The notes below the pieces were generated by a model. The model worked only from the letters and a program-made list of their open reading frames with translations. It was not told the DNA's origin and ran no database searches. Position numbers and translations under genes: made by a program. A DNA stretch of 44,679 bases from Oikopleura dioica (Eukaryota; Animalia; Chordata), in assembly GCA_907165135.1 (NCBI GenBank), contig OU015568.1, forward strand, positions 14,657,092 through 14,701,770, given 5' to 3'. Shown one piece after another: positions 10,295 to 22,951 of the stretch (the stretch's first letter is position 1; the number at the start of each line of letters is the position of its first letter).

Positions 10295-11322
10295 CTAAGA
10301 GAGCATTCGCTGAACGTCGGAGAGAATCGGCCTTCCCAATTGTTTTCTCATGGTTCCTTCAATTTCCACTGGTGCTAAATGATCCAGCATATTTGGTAAG
10401 CCTTTCTTAGCCAGCTCTTCTTGTAGTTCTTTCTTCAGGTCATCTCTTATTTTTTCATAATGGTTTCTCACTTGATCATTTATGTGCCTACAGTAATGAA
10501 TCATTACTAATGATGACTATAAAAAATAGGGCCGTGAAACTTTTCTACCTGGAAATATCAAAAGGAAACATGCGTCGATTAACTGCGTCGTGTCTTAAAA
10601 ACGCTTGTCTTTCTTCGTCTTCATATTTTAGATGATATTTCATCTTTGGAACGTCCGTCATACTGTCCTGTATATCTGTTTCAAATCCTTCGTGCGGGGC
10701 CACTTCAATTTCGACGATCCAGTTAGGAATTTCCTGACCGTTATTCTGCAGAACAACTGCTTCTTTACCGCACCAGCAATTTGAAGATTCTCCATTAATT
10801 TCATGAGGGTTGAAATCATCCTCTTTTGTATCGTTTTTCATCTTATGAAAATCTTTTCGCTTTGAAGTGATGGACGCTTTTGCCGAGACCGCTTCTTCCC
10901 GACAAATTATTGGCAGAAATCCGACAGAAACAAGTCCAGGGCGAACTACTGGGTTGAATCTTTCAAGGGCGTCAAATACAGAAACTGACAGGTGATCCAT
11001 TTGATTTGGAGTTAGACTTAGACCACGGACTTGACCTGAGTCGCGGATGCCCAAATAAATTGTCCCGCCTTTTCAAGGGAATAAAAATTTAACCAGCTCG
11101 AATCCGTCTCGAATGGGTCTATCAAGCCTCTCATCCCTTTCCTAGACCTTGATTGAGAAAGCCGCAAATGACGGTGGTGATGGGATGGAGCCTAAATCCT
11201 CCGCGCTTTATCTGTTTCTGTGTAATGAACCAATGGTTCTTGAACTCGTGCGTTCTGTCCTCTACTTCGTTTATTTTTGCTCCTTGGCAATAATATCGCT
11301 TCCAGCATATTTTTGAACCCAT
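10295..11322 (-). CDS. Schlafen-like (SLFNL1-type) AlbA_2 domain protein, putative RNase
   Basis: EDRTHEFK...ICGFLNQG...GTIYLGIRDSGQVRGL...DALERFNP...GFLPI...FLRHD matches the Schlafen AlbA_2 pattern. Two introns; the second junction is out of frame by one base or ambiguous. Confidence 0.82.
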
Positions 11323-11640
11323 TCTTAAATCGAAAATGGGTTGGTTTTCGATAGATCATTGACGATGATACCCTTAGGAATCACACGATTCTAAGATGTT
11401 ACTGCCTTTTGGACAGAAATATCCAATCCGAACATCCTCATTTACCTCTTACTTGACAATTCCTGCTCTGCAATAAAACAAGAAAGAATATGGTTGTGTA
11501 ACAAAAAGGCAGTTTTATTCCGCGGAATGTGTGTGTTGAACTTGTGTGCACAGTGAAAAACGGTCATGTGAGTACAGGAATATATACAATAAAATGTGTT
11601 GTGAATGAAAATAAATATACAAGATGAATTATTTAAATAT

Positions 11641-14600
11641 TTATTGCTTTCCTTGGAAAGCTTTTTTGGGGTCGAAGCGTCGTACGTTCCGGACGACGTT
11701 GAGGTCATCACGAAGAGCGTCGTTTTCTTTCTTGAGCTTCTTCATCTGACATTCGGCGAAGGAGAGTTTGGTCTTGAGCAGCTCGTTCTCGTCTTTGATC
11801 TTGTTCTGAAAGAAATGTGAACAAGGCGCTCTTGAATTCATTGACTTACCATGTACTTGATCTTTTGCTTGTGATTCGCGTGACTCATCTGGTCCGCCAA
11901 TTTCGAGTTCAGGGCTGCCAACTCCTTCGACTTCTTTTCGTTTTCAGAGCTGAATTGTTCATGTTACTACATTTTAACTGTTGATTTGACTTACCCCCAG
12001 TGTCTGCTTTCTTCAGCGAATTTAGCGAGGTCAGCTCTGATCGGCGCGTAGAAGTTCTCGAGCTCTTCGTACTCCGCCTTCCACTTTTCGCACATGGCAT
12101 CTGATTCCGCCAATTTAACGTGGAGATCTTCGATTTCCGTAGTGCTGAAAACATGTGAAAACCGACTCGTCGAGTATTCTTACTTACCGATCTGTAGCGT
12201 CGGCCAATTTCCGCTCGGCAGCGGTCAACTGAGCTCGGAAGTTTTGTTTCTCAGTTTCGGCCGCCTTCAGCTTTTGCTGGAGCGCCGTCAGAGTGCCTTC
12301 GTGATCCTTCTTGAAAAGCTCTAGTTGCTCTGTCTTCTGCAGCTGCTCGTCGTATATGGCTCGAAGATTGTCTCGCTTTATCTTGTATTTGGCGCTAGAA
12401 AATAAAGTTAATAAATTGAGAAAATAGCGAACGGCTTACCCATGCTCTCGAAGAATTTCAGCTTCTTTTGCAATTTCTCGTTTCTCGTTGACGATTTTCA
12501 CGAATTTCGCTTCATGATCCTTCGATGCCGCCCTAAGAGTCGAGACTTCTTCCTTCATCGCCGTGAACTCTTCAGAAGAACAGACATTCTTTGCCTTGGC
12601 TTCTTCAAGTTCAGCTTTCAAGCGAGCGATTTCAGAAGAAAGATCAGATTGCGCAGATTCGGCCGAGTTGAGCTTCTCCTCGAAGGCTTTCATTGCAGAG
12701 TCTGATTGTTCGATCTTCTCAAGTAACTGGACATTTTCAGCCGCAGTTGCCTAAATTATCAGTGTTAAGTAAATTTCAAAAAGCACAAAAGTGCTAAATA
12801 GAGAATTACCTTGATCGACTCTTCAAATTGCGAAATCTGCAAGTCCTTCGCTTGGGCAGCGCTTTGAAGTTCAGAAATCTTCGCTTCTGATTCAGCTATT
12901 TCTAAATCTCGAGCTTCAGAATTCGCCTTCAGCTGCTTCTCATGGATTTCCTCGGCTTCTTTGAGCTTTTCTTCTTCCTGGAGAAGAGCTGCCTTCAAAT
13001 TTTCGAGAGCCTCGCTGATTTTCTGATTTTCGGAGAGTTTCTCTTCAAGCTCGGCTGACTTCTCGCTCAAGTTTTCTTTCAACCCTGCGAGTTCGTTGCT
13101 CAACTCATGGATCTGCGCCGCCTTCGATTCCTCAGAAGCTGCGGATTTTTCAGAAGCATTTGTCAACGCGGTTTGATGAGTTCTGATCTCTTCCTCCAGG
13201 ACTTTAATTTGGTCAACTTTTTCAGCGACAGAAGCCATTAATTCTCGCACTTTTGCTTCGGTAGTTCCCTATAAATGAAAGTTAGCTTTTAGAATATCTC
13301 TGGTCAAAATATAATGTACCTGGACTTCTCTGAGATCCTTCTCAAGCGCCTTGCACTCATCCCGCTCAAAACGCATCTGCTCGAGTTTCTTCACAAGCGA
13401 GTCAGTTTCGCTCACTTGGGAGCCGATATTCTGCTTGAGCGATGTATTCTCGGACTCTTTTATTTTCAACGTCTTGTGCGCTTCTTCGAGCGTTTGCTTG
13501 AGCCCGTTGATCTCTGCTGCGTACACGGCGTTGTCTTCTTTCAGCAAGGCGACATTCTCTTTCAGTGGCTCGAGCTCAGCGATTCTGTGCTCCAGGTTGA
13601 AGTTAGCCAGGTTCGCCTTTTGTAATTCGTCGCTTTTGTTTTTCAGCGTTGTCTGAAATAGAATTGGTAATGGATTTCTGAAAGTATAAAAATGATTGAA
13701 TTCCAGGGGCACAAGCTACAGTTTGTTAAGTCCTGTAGCTAGCGCCGTCTGGGATTGAAATAAATGGTACAAAATGATGAATCAGAAAATAGCATGCGTT
13801 TAAAATATACAAACCTTGTGTTCTTGCAATTGGACCTTGAAAAGTTTTTAAGATGAATCGGAATGAATGAATTTTCTTTTCTTTTGTAAATAAGAAATCA
13901 ACGATGAAAACACCGATTGTTATTCTTACCTCTGATTCTGTAATTCTTCCTTCTAGCGCGACGATTTGACCTCTGAGCGTGACCAATTGAGACTCCTTTT
14001 CTGTGATCTGTTTGAAAGTCTCGTCTTCTTTCTCCTTCAGCTGGCGCAGCTGATCTTCAAGGATTTTGACTTCTTCGCCCTGATATCTTCTGTGAGAATA
14101 AGTAAAAAAGGCAGCTTACCTTTGTCTTGCTGATTTCTAGCGAGTCCTGTAAGGCTTCAAGCTGCTTCTGGAGGCGCGGAACCTTTTGCGCTTCTTCCTT
14201 TACTCGCGTGTAGTCTTCCTCGAGCTCGTCTTTCAAATCAGAGATCTTCTGATAGCGTTGTTTCAGTTGAAAATGGTCCGACTCGAGCTCCTGAAAACCG
14301 CTCAAGATTGAAGATAACTTTTTTCGAAATACTGACCTTGTATTTGGCCATTTCCTGGGACATGCTCATTTCGAGCGATTTTGAAACTGTTGACTTTCTG
14401 GTCCCTCGTTTTGCGATTTTGAAGGGCTCTTTTGACGGGGTCGATTGAGGAGGACCAAGAATCGACTTGTCAGTTTGGTAGGCTCCGCTGATGCTGCTTA
14501 TGTCCATCATGCTCTGGTCGCGGTACTGGAAGCCGCCTTTGACTCTCTAAAAGATGATTAAATGTCGTTCGGGAAAACGGTTCGAATGGTTAGTAAGAAT

Positions 14601-14920
14601 TTCTTACTAAGAAATGCAGATTTTTTAAATAATTTTTTAGTTATCGATGCAAGGACAATCAAGCAAGTTTATTTGATCACCAAAGATACACCAATTTTTG
14701 AGTGATTTGGGTTTTTCAACAAACCTGGCCATTTTGACCGTAATAGCCCCAGATTGACTGAATTAGATTAGTGAAATTTATGATTGTTAGCAATTTTTCC
14801 TTTTTAATTAAAACTCACATGGTCATTTTGAGGATTGTATCGCTCGGGCCCAGGAAGATTCTCTTTATTTTTGGTCACGTCGTCGAAGTAGGTTGTTCGT
14901 TTGGATTTCGCGAAAGACAT
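11641..14920 (-). CDS. HMMR: Hyaluronan-mediated motility receptor (RHAMM) spindle coiled-coil protein
   Basis: Exon 1 (14920-14819) MSFAKSKRTTYFDD...PGPERYNP resembles the HMMR N-terminus. Long coiled coil. C-terminus SHANHKQKIKYMNKIKDENELLK...LNVVRNVRRFDPKKAF matches the HMMR_C motif (GHQNLKQKIKHVVKLKDEN...HFDPSKAF). Confidence 0.85.
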
Positions 14921-14998
14921 TTTTTAAAAATTTTAAATTTGGCTATTCTCTCTGATTTTCAAGAGAGCAAGTGAGGGACAAGCGCCAAGGCTGCGTCG

Positions 14999-15035
14999 TT
15001 CAAAAGCGCGCGATTTGGGATCCACCAATCGCGCT
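14999..15035 (-). promoter_or_regulatory. Candidate CDE/CHR plus CCAAT cell-cycle promoter of HMMR
   Basis: The minus strand reads GCGCGATTGG...CCAAATCGCGCGCTTTTGAA: a CHR (TTTGAA) preceded by a GC-rich CDE/E2F-like element and a CCAAT box, about 80-115 bp upstream of the HMMR ATG. Confidence 0.45.
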
Positions 15036-15086
15036 CGCTGCTCTAGATTTTGTCGTTGGCTACAGCGAAAATCTCAATAGGGATTA

Positions 15087-15396
15087 AAATAGGTGACTGC
15101 CTTAATCGTCGCTAAAACGTTGCATCGGTTGCCTTAATCGTCGTTAAAACGTTGCATCGGACTGCTTTAGTCGTCGCTAAAACGTTGCATGGGCTGCCTT
15201 AATCGTCGTCTGACTCATCTTGCCTTTTTCAATTTCAAGATAGGTAGGCGCGCGCCAACCAGCGCTTTCAGAGTGTTTCTAGACTTTCCAGATTCTCCCA
15301 AGACGACGATTAAGGCAGCCCAATGCAACGTTTTAGCGACGACGATTAAGGCAGCCGATGCAACGTTTTAACGACGATTAAGGCAGTCTCCTATTT
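15087..15396. mobile_element. Foldback MITE (310 bp), TA TSD, arms made of ~32-bp tandem repeats
   Basis: TA|AAATAGGTGACTGCC ... GGCAGTCTCCTATTT|TA. The unit CTGCCTTAATCGTCGCTAAAACGTTGCATCGG occurs ~3.5x on the left arm and ~2.5x inverted on the right arm. Confidence 0.82.
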
Positions 15397-16061
15397 TACT
15401 TAGAAATGTAAATCAGTGGATTATCAGTGGAGTAGGACCGCTGTAGTTCAACTTGGCGATCGCCGATTTGCTTTTGTGTTTTCAAGTTTTTGAAAACAAG
15501 CTGCAGGTGAAAATTTAAAAAATAGACTGAGTTCACGCCGTTGCGAGGAAAAAATGTTTTTCAATTTGGACCGGTATTTTATCTAGAAAAAGCTGGCCTC
15601 CACAGAATCTTTAGAAAGGCTTGATTAGCTGCATTTTTCCTAGACCACCTTCAGACCAAAATTGGGGGTTGCCTCTACCTTCATCCTCCTTTTCTCTGTC
15701 GTCTGCTAATCATCCATAACAATTCAACATTTGAATTTCAAGTACGTATTCTGCATTTAGACTTGATAAGCTACACATTTGTTCTATGCTCATGCTCGAG
15801 TACATGCAATGAAACACGCAAGTTTTTGAAATTTTAAACTTTTTATTTGCCTTTCGTTTTTTTGTGCAAAAATATAACTGAGATGTAGATAAATGAATTA
15901 CTTTTAATATGGGCAGTTTACTCAAGAGTCCTGGAGCTCTGAACGCTGTTTTGATGCAAAAGAAAGTGAAAAATAAGAGAAACTAAGTAAAGATAAATGG
16001 TAAAAATTAAATTTGAAACTGAGTTGTTAATAAATAATTGAACTCTTGTGCTTTGGCAGTA

Positions 16062-16570
16062 TCACTTCTGAAAGCTAGGCAAGTTGCTCCAGTACGGTAC
16101 TGGATCGAAGGGAGAGGGTTTATCTTCTTTGGCGAGATGCTCACCAGCTGCGATTTGAATGCGTGTAACCTTCGGCTTTTCAGGGTTTTGCGATTTAACT
16201 CTCCAATTTGGCTAAAAAAGAGGAGATGATAGTAAAAACGAGAAACCCGTGACAACCAGTGAGGAAGCTTTTGATACTCTTTGCATGGCTCCGTGTAGTT
16301 TTCGCCTAGAACAGGGGTTCCGTCGTTGAGAGTGATATATTTCGTCTTGATAACTGGATCGTAATACTCCTTTATAGCCGGCATTTGGTTATCTGAGCGA
16401 GACTGGCAGACGTCAGACTGGGCAACGTCGGTCTTCTGCTCGACGTATTCACTCTTAATTTCATTTTCGAGGAATGGCTCCTCCTTGATTTCTGTTTTGA
16501 TAGATGGTTCGTTTTTGATTTCAGCCTTGACATCTGCTTCAGTTTTGATTGTCTGCGATTTTTCAAAAGC
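16062..16570 (-). CDS. Orphan protein with clustered psi-K-x-E (SUMO consensus) motifs; 5' end not located
   Basis: Exon FEKSQTIKTEADVKAEIKNEPSIKTEIKEEPFLENEIKSE...HWLSR is spliced via a 35-nt GT-AG intron to PNWRVK...PFDPVPYWSNLPSFQK*. No family recognised. Confidence 0.55.
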
Positions 16571-16987
16571 TAAAGGTCAAATTTATTGACTAATTAAAAA
16601 GTTCTGAAATGATTTCATGATTTCTAAAAGGCGCTTCAAATTTGAGACCCTGTTTGTTTCACCCTGTTTTAATAATATTAATGCCAGATTAACAGGTTAA
16701 TTCTCATTCCCGTTTTTCAACCCTAAACTATGCATCCTGATTTTTCATTGAAAATCGATTTTTATCACGGCGCAAGAGTCATTCTGAGTTTTCACCGAAA
16801 CCTGAGAACAGGGACAGGTTACACAGGGTTAAACCTGTGTTGATTGGACGAGACAGAAAGTCTCGCGGGCGAATAGGCACTCAGGGCAGTTTTCTGCGCA
16901 CAGGGCGACCTGTTTTGAATTGAAAACAAAAACTGTCCGTTTATCTGTGTCCGCTCAGAAGCATCAATTTTTATCACGATTTTGAAA

Positions 16988-18559
16988 ATGTATAAAAGAC
17001 AGAGGATGAACGAAGATTGGACCGGGGATTGGAAGGGCATTGTCAAAGACCGGGTTGACAATCCCTGGAATGGAGATGACTGGGTACCATGGAACGTTCC
17101 TGAGAAAGTGTACGATCTGGTAGAGCCACGAGTGATGGAACTAGAAGAGCTCATTTTATGCGGTACTTATCCTGGCGATACTCGTTTGTATAGAACTGGT
17201 CTTTTACGATGTCGTTTAGAGGGATGCCCATGTTACGGAAAGGTGATTATTTAATGACTAAAAAGAAACTAACTCGAATTTAAGAAACTAAGAACCTACG
17301 TGAATAGCACAAAAACAGATCGCCGAGCAGTAAAAGCGATGTGCGACAAACATAAATTGAAATACCCTCTGACCGAAGAACAGAATGATCTTATCTCCCA
17401 ACAAATGCATCAAACTGCAGTTCAGAAGAAAGCTTCCGCGAAGCTAAACCTAACACAAGAGGTTGTAGCAATCTGTGCGGATATCATGACAAAGCTCTCA
17501 AAACATGACCTTCCCCGAGATTTCTGGACTACGGAAGAAATGTTTGTGTTCATTTACGGACTTGTCGAGCGAAAACAACGAGGAGAACCAGTCACCGAAA
17601 TAACTATCGAAGAGCATCTTCAGTAATTATTTTCATTTTGAACATTCTAATATAATTTCACTAGAAGTGTGAAAGTGCGACATGTGTTGAGGAATCAAAC
17701 CATTCTCGCCATCGGAAACGAGCCGCGAAATCAGCTTACTGAGGCTCAAATAATGGAGCTTACTACTATTAATTCTGAACAAGTGAAAGTCGAGCCGATG
17801 GATGCTGAAAATGACGGAACTCTGATTCAGGAAATAAACGTCGAAGATGACGATGGAAATGGTAACTTTTTGTGAATTAATTTGACTAAAGATGATTTTA
17901 GACATCTCTTTGAACAACATTATTAATCAACCGGTGAATCTATCAGAATCGTTTGCCAAATTGATAGCATATCATAATGCGACTCTTGCTCCTACGAATT
18001 CGACTCAAATATCAATACCTTCAGACGACAAGCCGAGTAATTCAACTGTAATTGCAAGCAGTACAGAAGCATCACTCGTCGCAGAAGGTGGTTCTGCTAA
18101 TATAGCAGCAGCTACCACTTCGACCTCCAATGATGCAATAGGCGATTCTCCTGAGCTGGAGAATACTGGCGAAAAAATCGAGAATAATGATGATAAGAAG
18201 CAAAGGAGTCTGACGCCCCGAAAGACGCAGAAATCCCGCAATATCCGGGGAACTGTACAGACCTTTTCGGTGTCTATAAACGCTGGGAGTCGATTTTGAC
18301 AAATGAAGCAAAGGAAAAGCTTTTCGCAGACTTTTCGCTCAACAAACCTCTCTATCAAAGTCCAGACGAAATCGAGGACGTGGATCTAAAGCTAACGATA
18401 CGAGACGAATGGATCGCTGAATTTCCTTCTTGGCTTTCAAACTTCAAGCCGTTGAATTCAATAGATGACGGATCCAAACAGATACCACTATCGGATATTA
18501 TAGCGATGCGGCAAATGTATAGAACTGAATTAGAAGCCCGCCACACTCCAGTCAAATAG
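16988..18559 (+). CDS. Orphan multi-exon protein (~470 aa) with an N-terminal Trp/Cys-rich region
   Basis: Three short GT-AG introns (~17244, ~17623, ~17872) keep the frame. One apparent lost G near 18197 joins ...ENNDDK to EAKESDAPKDAEIPQYPGNCTDLFGVYKRWESILTNEAKEKLF. No family recognised. Confidence 0.62.
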
Positions 18560-18862
18560 AATCAGTTAAAATTTCAAACTTGCTCAAAGCTGTGAATAAA
18601 ATGAAATAAAATAAACAGAATACAGATTTCCAAATTTTTCTAGTTTACCTTCATGTGACTCCTTCATTCTTTGAAGCTGATTAAACAGGGGTAAGATCAT
18701 ATGCTGCTCAAAAACGGTGAAATAATCGCACGGCTCGGTTGGATCGTTGACAAAAGGGTAGCTCGCAATAGGAACATTAAATGGCCACTGTTTTGCGCGA
18801 AAAGGTTCATCGACAGTGCCATCCTCTCTTAGTACAGGCTTCATTTCATCGTAATCGGACAT
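18552..18862 (-). CDS. Small orphan protein (~85 aa)
   Basis: MSDYDEMKP...KQWPFNVPIASYPFVNDPTEPCDYF...SHE, then intron GTAAAC...TTTTATTCACAG, then ALSKFEILTDSI*. Confidence 0.55.
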
Positions 18863-19252
18863 CTTCCAATGCTAAGAACTATTGCTTGATAAATGATTGA
18901 ACGAAAGAGACTCGCAGATACGGAACATAAAATATATATTTAAAATTTTCTATTTTGAACTAACAGGAGTAAAAACTGTGTATTGAAGGCATCTGGCCGT
19001 ACATGTGATCAGGTTAAGTTTTTTGAAAAGTAAAAATACATGGTTGTTGATACGGCGCGGAATGACAGGAATCCAACGAGAGACAAGAGGTAGCGATAAA
19101 AGAATTCCTAAACGCCAAAACTCTGTGGCGTGCATTTTTATTATTATTTTCTATTCTCAGGCTTGGTCCTTGAATACAGTAATAGGGTAAATAAAAGGTG
19201 AAAAAATCTAGGCGGCGTGTGATGACGATAAAACGGAAGTTGGATAGGAGCT

Positions 19253-21223
19253 TTAGTTTTGCGAAACTGCGCCAATTCCTTCGCTACCGTCCGCGCGTTT
19301 CGTTCCTTGGACGATGTCGTCGATTCTCAGCAGAAGAGTTGCTGTTTCGATCGCGGTTTTGTACACTAAAATGAACGTTTAGTTCATTCTCTGTCTTGGT
19401 CGATGGAAATCTAACCTTGCAATTTGACAGTCAAAGGCTCCCAAATATCAAGCTTCTCCATATCGCAAATCTTTCCAGTTTCGCCGTTCACGCCGTGATT
19501 GTTGTTTCCCTTGGCGTGCAATGCTCGCAGCTCTGTCAGTGTTCTGATCGTGTTGCCACCACAGTTCTGGACGAGTGTTCGGGGAATCACTTCCAGGGCT
19601 CGGGCGAGAGCTCTGTAGGGGAACTGTTCTTCGCCGTGGTACTTCTTTGCATTTTGATTCAAGAAGCTGCCGACAGCGAGTTCGCAAGCGCCGCCTCCGG
19701 GGACGATTTTGCATTCAAGAAGCACGTTTCTTGCGACCTAGAAAACACCATCAAATATTGAAATTTATACTAAGAAACAAACCTGCATGGCGTCCTGAAG
19801 GTTTCGCTCAACTTCCATGAGAACGTCCTTGGAAGCGCCTCTCAAGATGATTGTACAGGCAGTGTTCTTCTTGCATTCAGTAACGTAGGTGAAGTATTCT
19901 TCGCCGAACTTTTATTTCGAAGAGACCGGCTTCGGTTCCAATGTCGTCCTCGCTGATCTCGTCGGTTCGCGATTTGATTGTCGCGCCGCAGCATCGTGCG
20001 ATTCGAAGGTTGTCTGTTTTTCGGACTCGTCGGATAGCTGAAAAAGAAGTAAGAGTAGAGAGCTATGAAAAGTAAAGACTTACCAGTGATTCCAGCCTTG
20101 GCCAAGAAGTGCTGTGCCAAATCGGAGATGCCCTTCTCGGTGAAAACAAGGGTTGGCTTGAGAGCGATGATGTTGTCACAGATTTCTTTGATATAGTTTT
20201 CTTCGAGCTGGAGAATTCGGGTGAAGTCGGCTTCGTTCGACAACTCCATGTCTGTTTGACTCTCTCCCTGGAAAGTGGGTTAGATGGGAAAAGGGCTTTG
20301 GAAGTTGTTACCTTTTGATATTCAAGGGAGCAATCCAAGAGAAGAATTCGTGGGTTCTCGATTCGTCGCTTCATCTTTGGGTGAGTGATGTCTTTGTTCA
20401 ACATAACTCCGTTGAGCACCTTAAATTTTGGCTACTGTAACTGTTCAAGATGCGAATACAGTACCTCGCTATCTTCAATATGGCCACCAGGAATCTTCTC
20501 GACTTTCGCAAATCGTTTGATATCAATTTCAGTTCGGCCATTTTCTTTGATATGAACGGTTCGGACAGCTTTGATGGCCATCTTGGTAGCCAAATCCATC
20601 CATCGGCTTTGACAAGCGTTACTTTTTGAAATAAAAGTAAGGATGAGTACCTGATGAATTTCGTTCCAAGAGCTGAGTTGACCAACTTGGCCATGTCTTC
20701 GTCATTGTTTGGATCAATGGTCTTGCCGAAATCATTGTTCATGAATTCGTCAATGTCTTCGAGAGCTAATCGGTAGGCGTTGATGATTTTGGTTGGGTGC
20801 ATTTGATCCTCAAGGAACTCCTGCGCGGCGGACATGATTTCACCGGCGAGGATGATGACGGAAGTGGTGCCATCGCCGCATTCTTCGTCCTGAGTTCGCG
20901 AGATTTCGATCATCGACTTGGCAGCTGGATGCTTGACCATGATCTCTCGGAGGATGGCGTTTCCGTCGTTGGTGACAACGATACCACCCTAAATCAACAG
21001 CTAGAATCGATATTGGACTGTTCGATTACCTGAGGATCCATCAACATCTTGTACATTGATCGAGGACCGAGACAGGTTCGGATAATGTCAGCGACATGCT
21101 TTGTGGCCTGGACATTTCCAAGTTGGACCTATTATTTAAGTACAATTTAAAATCGGAATTCAGATTTACCTTTGAGCCTTGCTCACGTTCAGTATTTGGC
21201 TTGAGAACTGCGATCTGTGACAT
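19253..21223 (-). CDS. CCT3: T-complex protein 1 subunit gamma (CCT3)
   Basis: TCLGPRSMYKMLMDP, VKHPAAKSMIEISRTQDEECGDGTTSVIILAGE, VMLNKDITHPKMKRRIENPRILLLDCSLEY, PGGGACEL and YKTAIETATLLLRIDDIV. Seven short introns. Apparent homopolymer frameshift at ~19910-19913. Confidence 0.97.
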
Positions 21224-21676
21224 TCTAAAGACGATTCTTTTCAGAAATGGCGAAAAAGTGAAGAAAACAGAGAAAAGGGATGTGGATCTAGAAAATTTTT
21301 AGCATTTTTAGAAATTTTCGGATGTCCTCTATTCTTTCTATTTATTTTTAATGCCGGGTTGCTAGAGAGATTTTTACTGTCTAGTGTTTTTACTGGAAGG
21401 TTCGGGAAATTTCGAGGCGAAAAATTTTCTTGACTCTTATTCTTCTCTCTCGCCTTGGGGCTTAATTTTTGAAAAGATGGATTTCTGTTTCTTTTGAGCC
21501 TTTTTTCTCTTTGAACACGGTATTTTAGAAAGAAAAACCGGAGGATTTTTCTCTTTCGCCTGACTCACTTCTTCTGGGATCCGCGCCAATGAGCGCCCGT
21601 CGCTAGGGAAAAGGAAGAATTCGAGAAAAGAATCGGTCAGGCACGGAATTTTTGAAGGAGGAAGGAATTTGTGAAA
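21224..21676. promoter_or_regulatory. Bidirectional promoter region (CCT3 / TRMT61A-led cluster)
   Basis: 453-bp head-to-head intergenic segment between two housekeeping ATGs; contains CCAAT at ~21586. Confidence 0.55.
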
Positions 21677-22867
<1,191 letters not shown>

Positions 22868-22951
22868 CTTAATTTTAACTATTTAAAAACAAAACAATAA
22901 CATTTGAAATTATTCAGATGAGAGGTAGCTAGTGTTCCGATCGGCTAAAAT

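Noticed and set aside
14590-14610. Perfect 10-bp hairpin TTAGTAAGAA-T-TTCTTACTAA in HMMR intron 1, sharing the CTTACTAAG core with the PIG-S MITE
   Set aside because: A single short AT-rich palindrome without TSD or termini; at most a tiny relic.
15097-15390. CRISPR-like array of ~32-bp repeats
   Set aside because: The repeats are contiguous with no unique spacers, lie on two inverted arms with a TA TSD, and there are no cas genes in a eukaryotic context. It is a foldback MITE.
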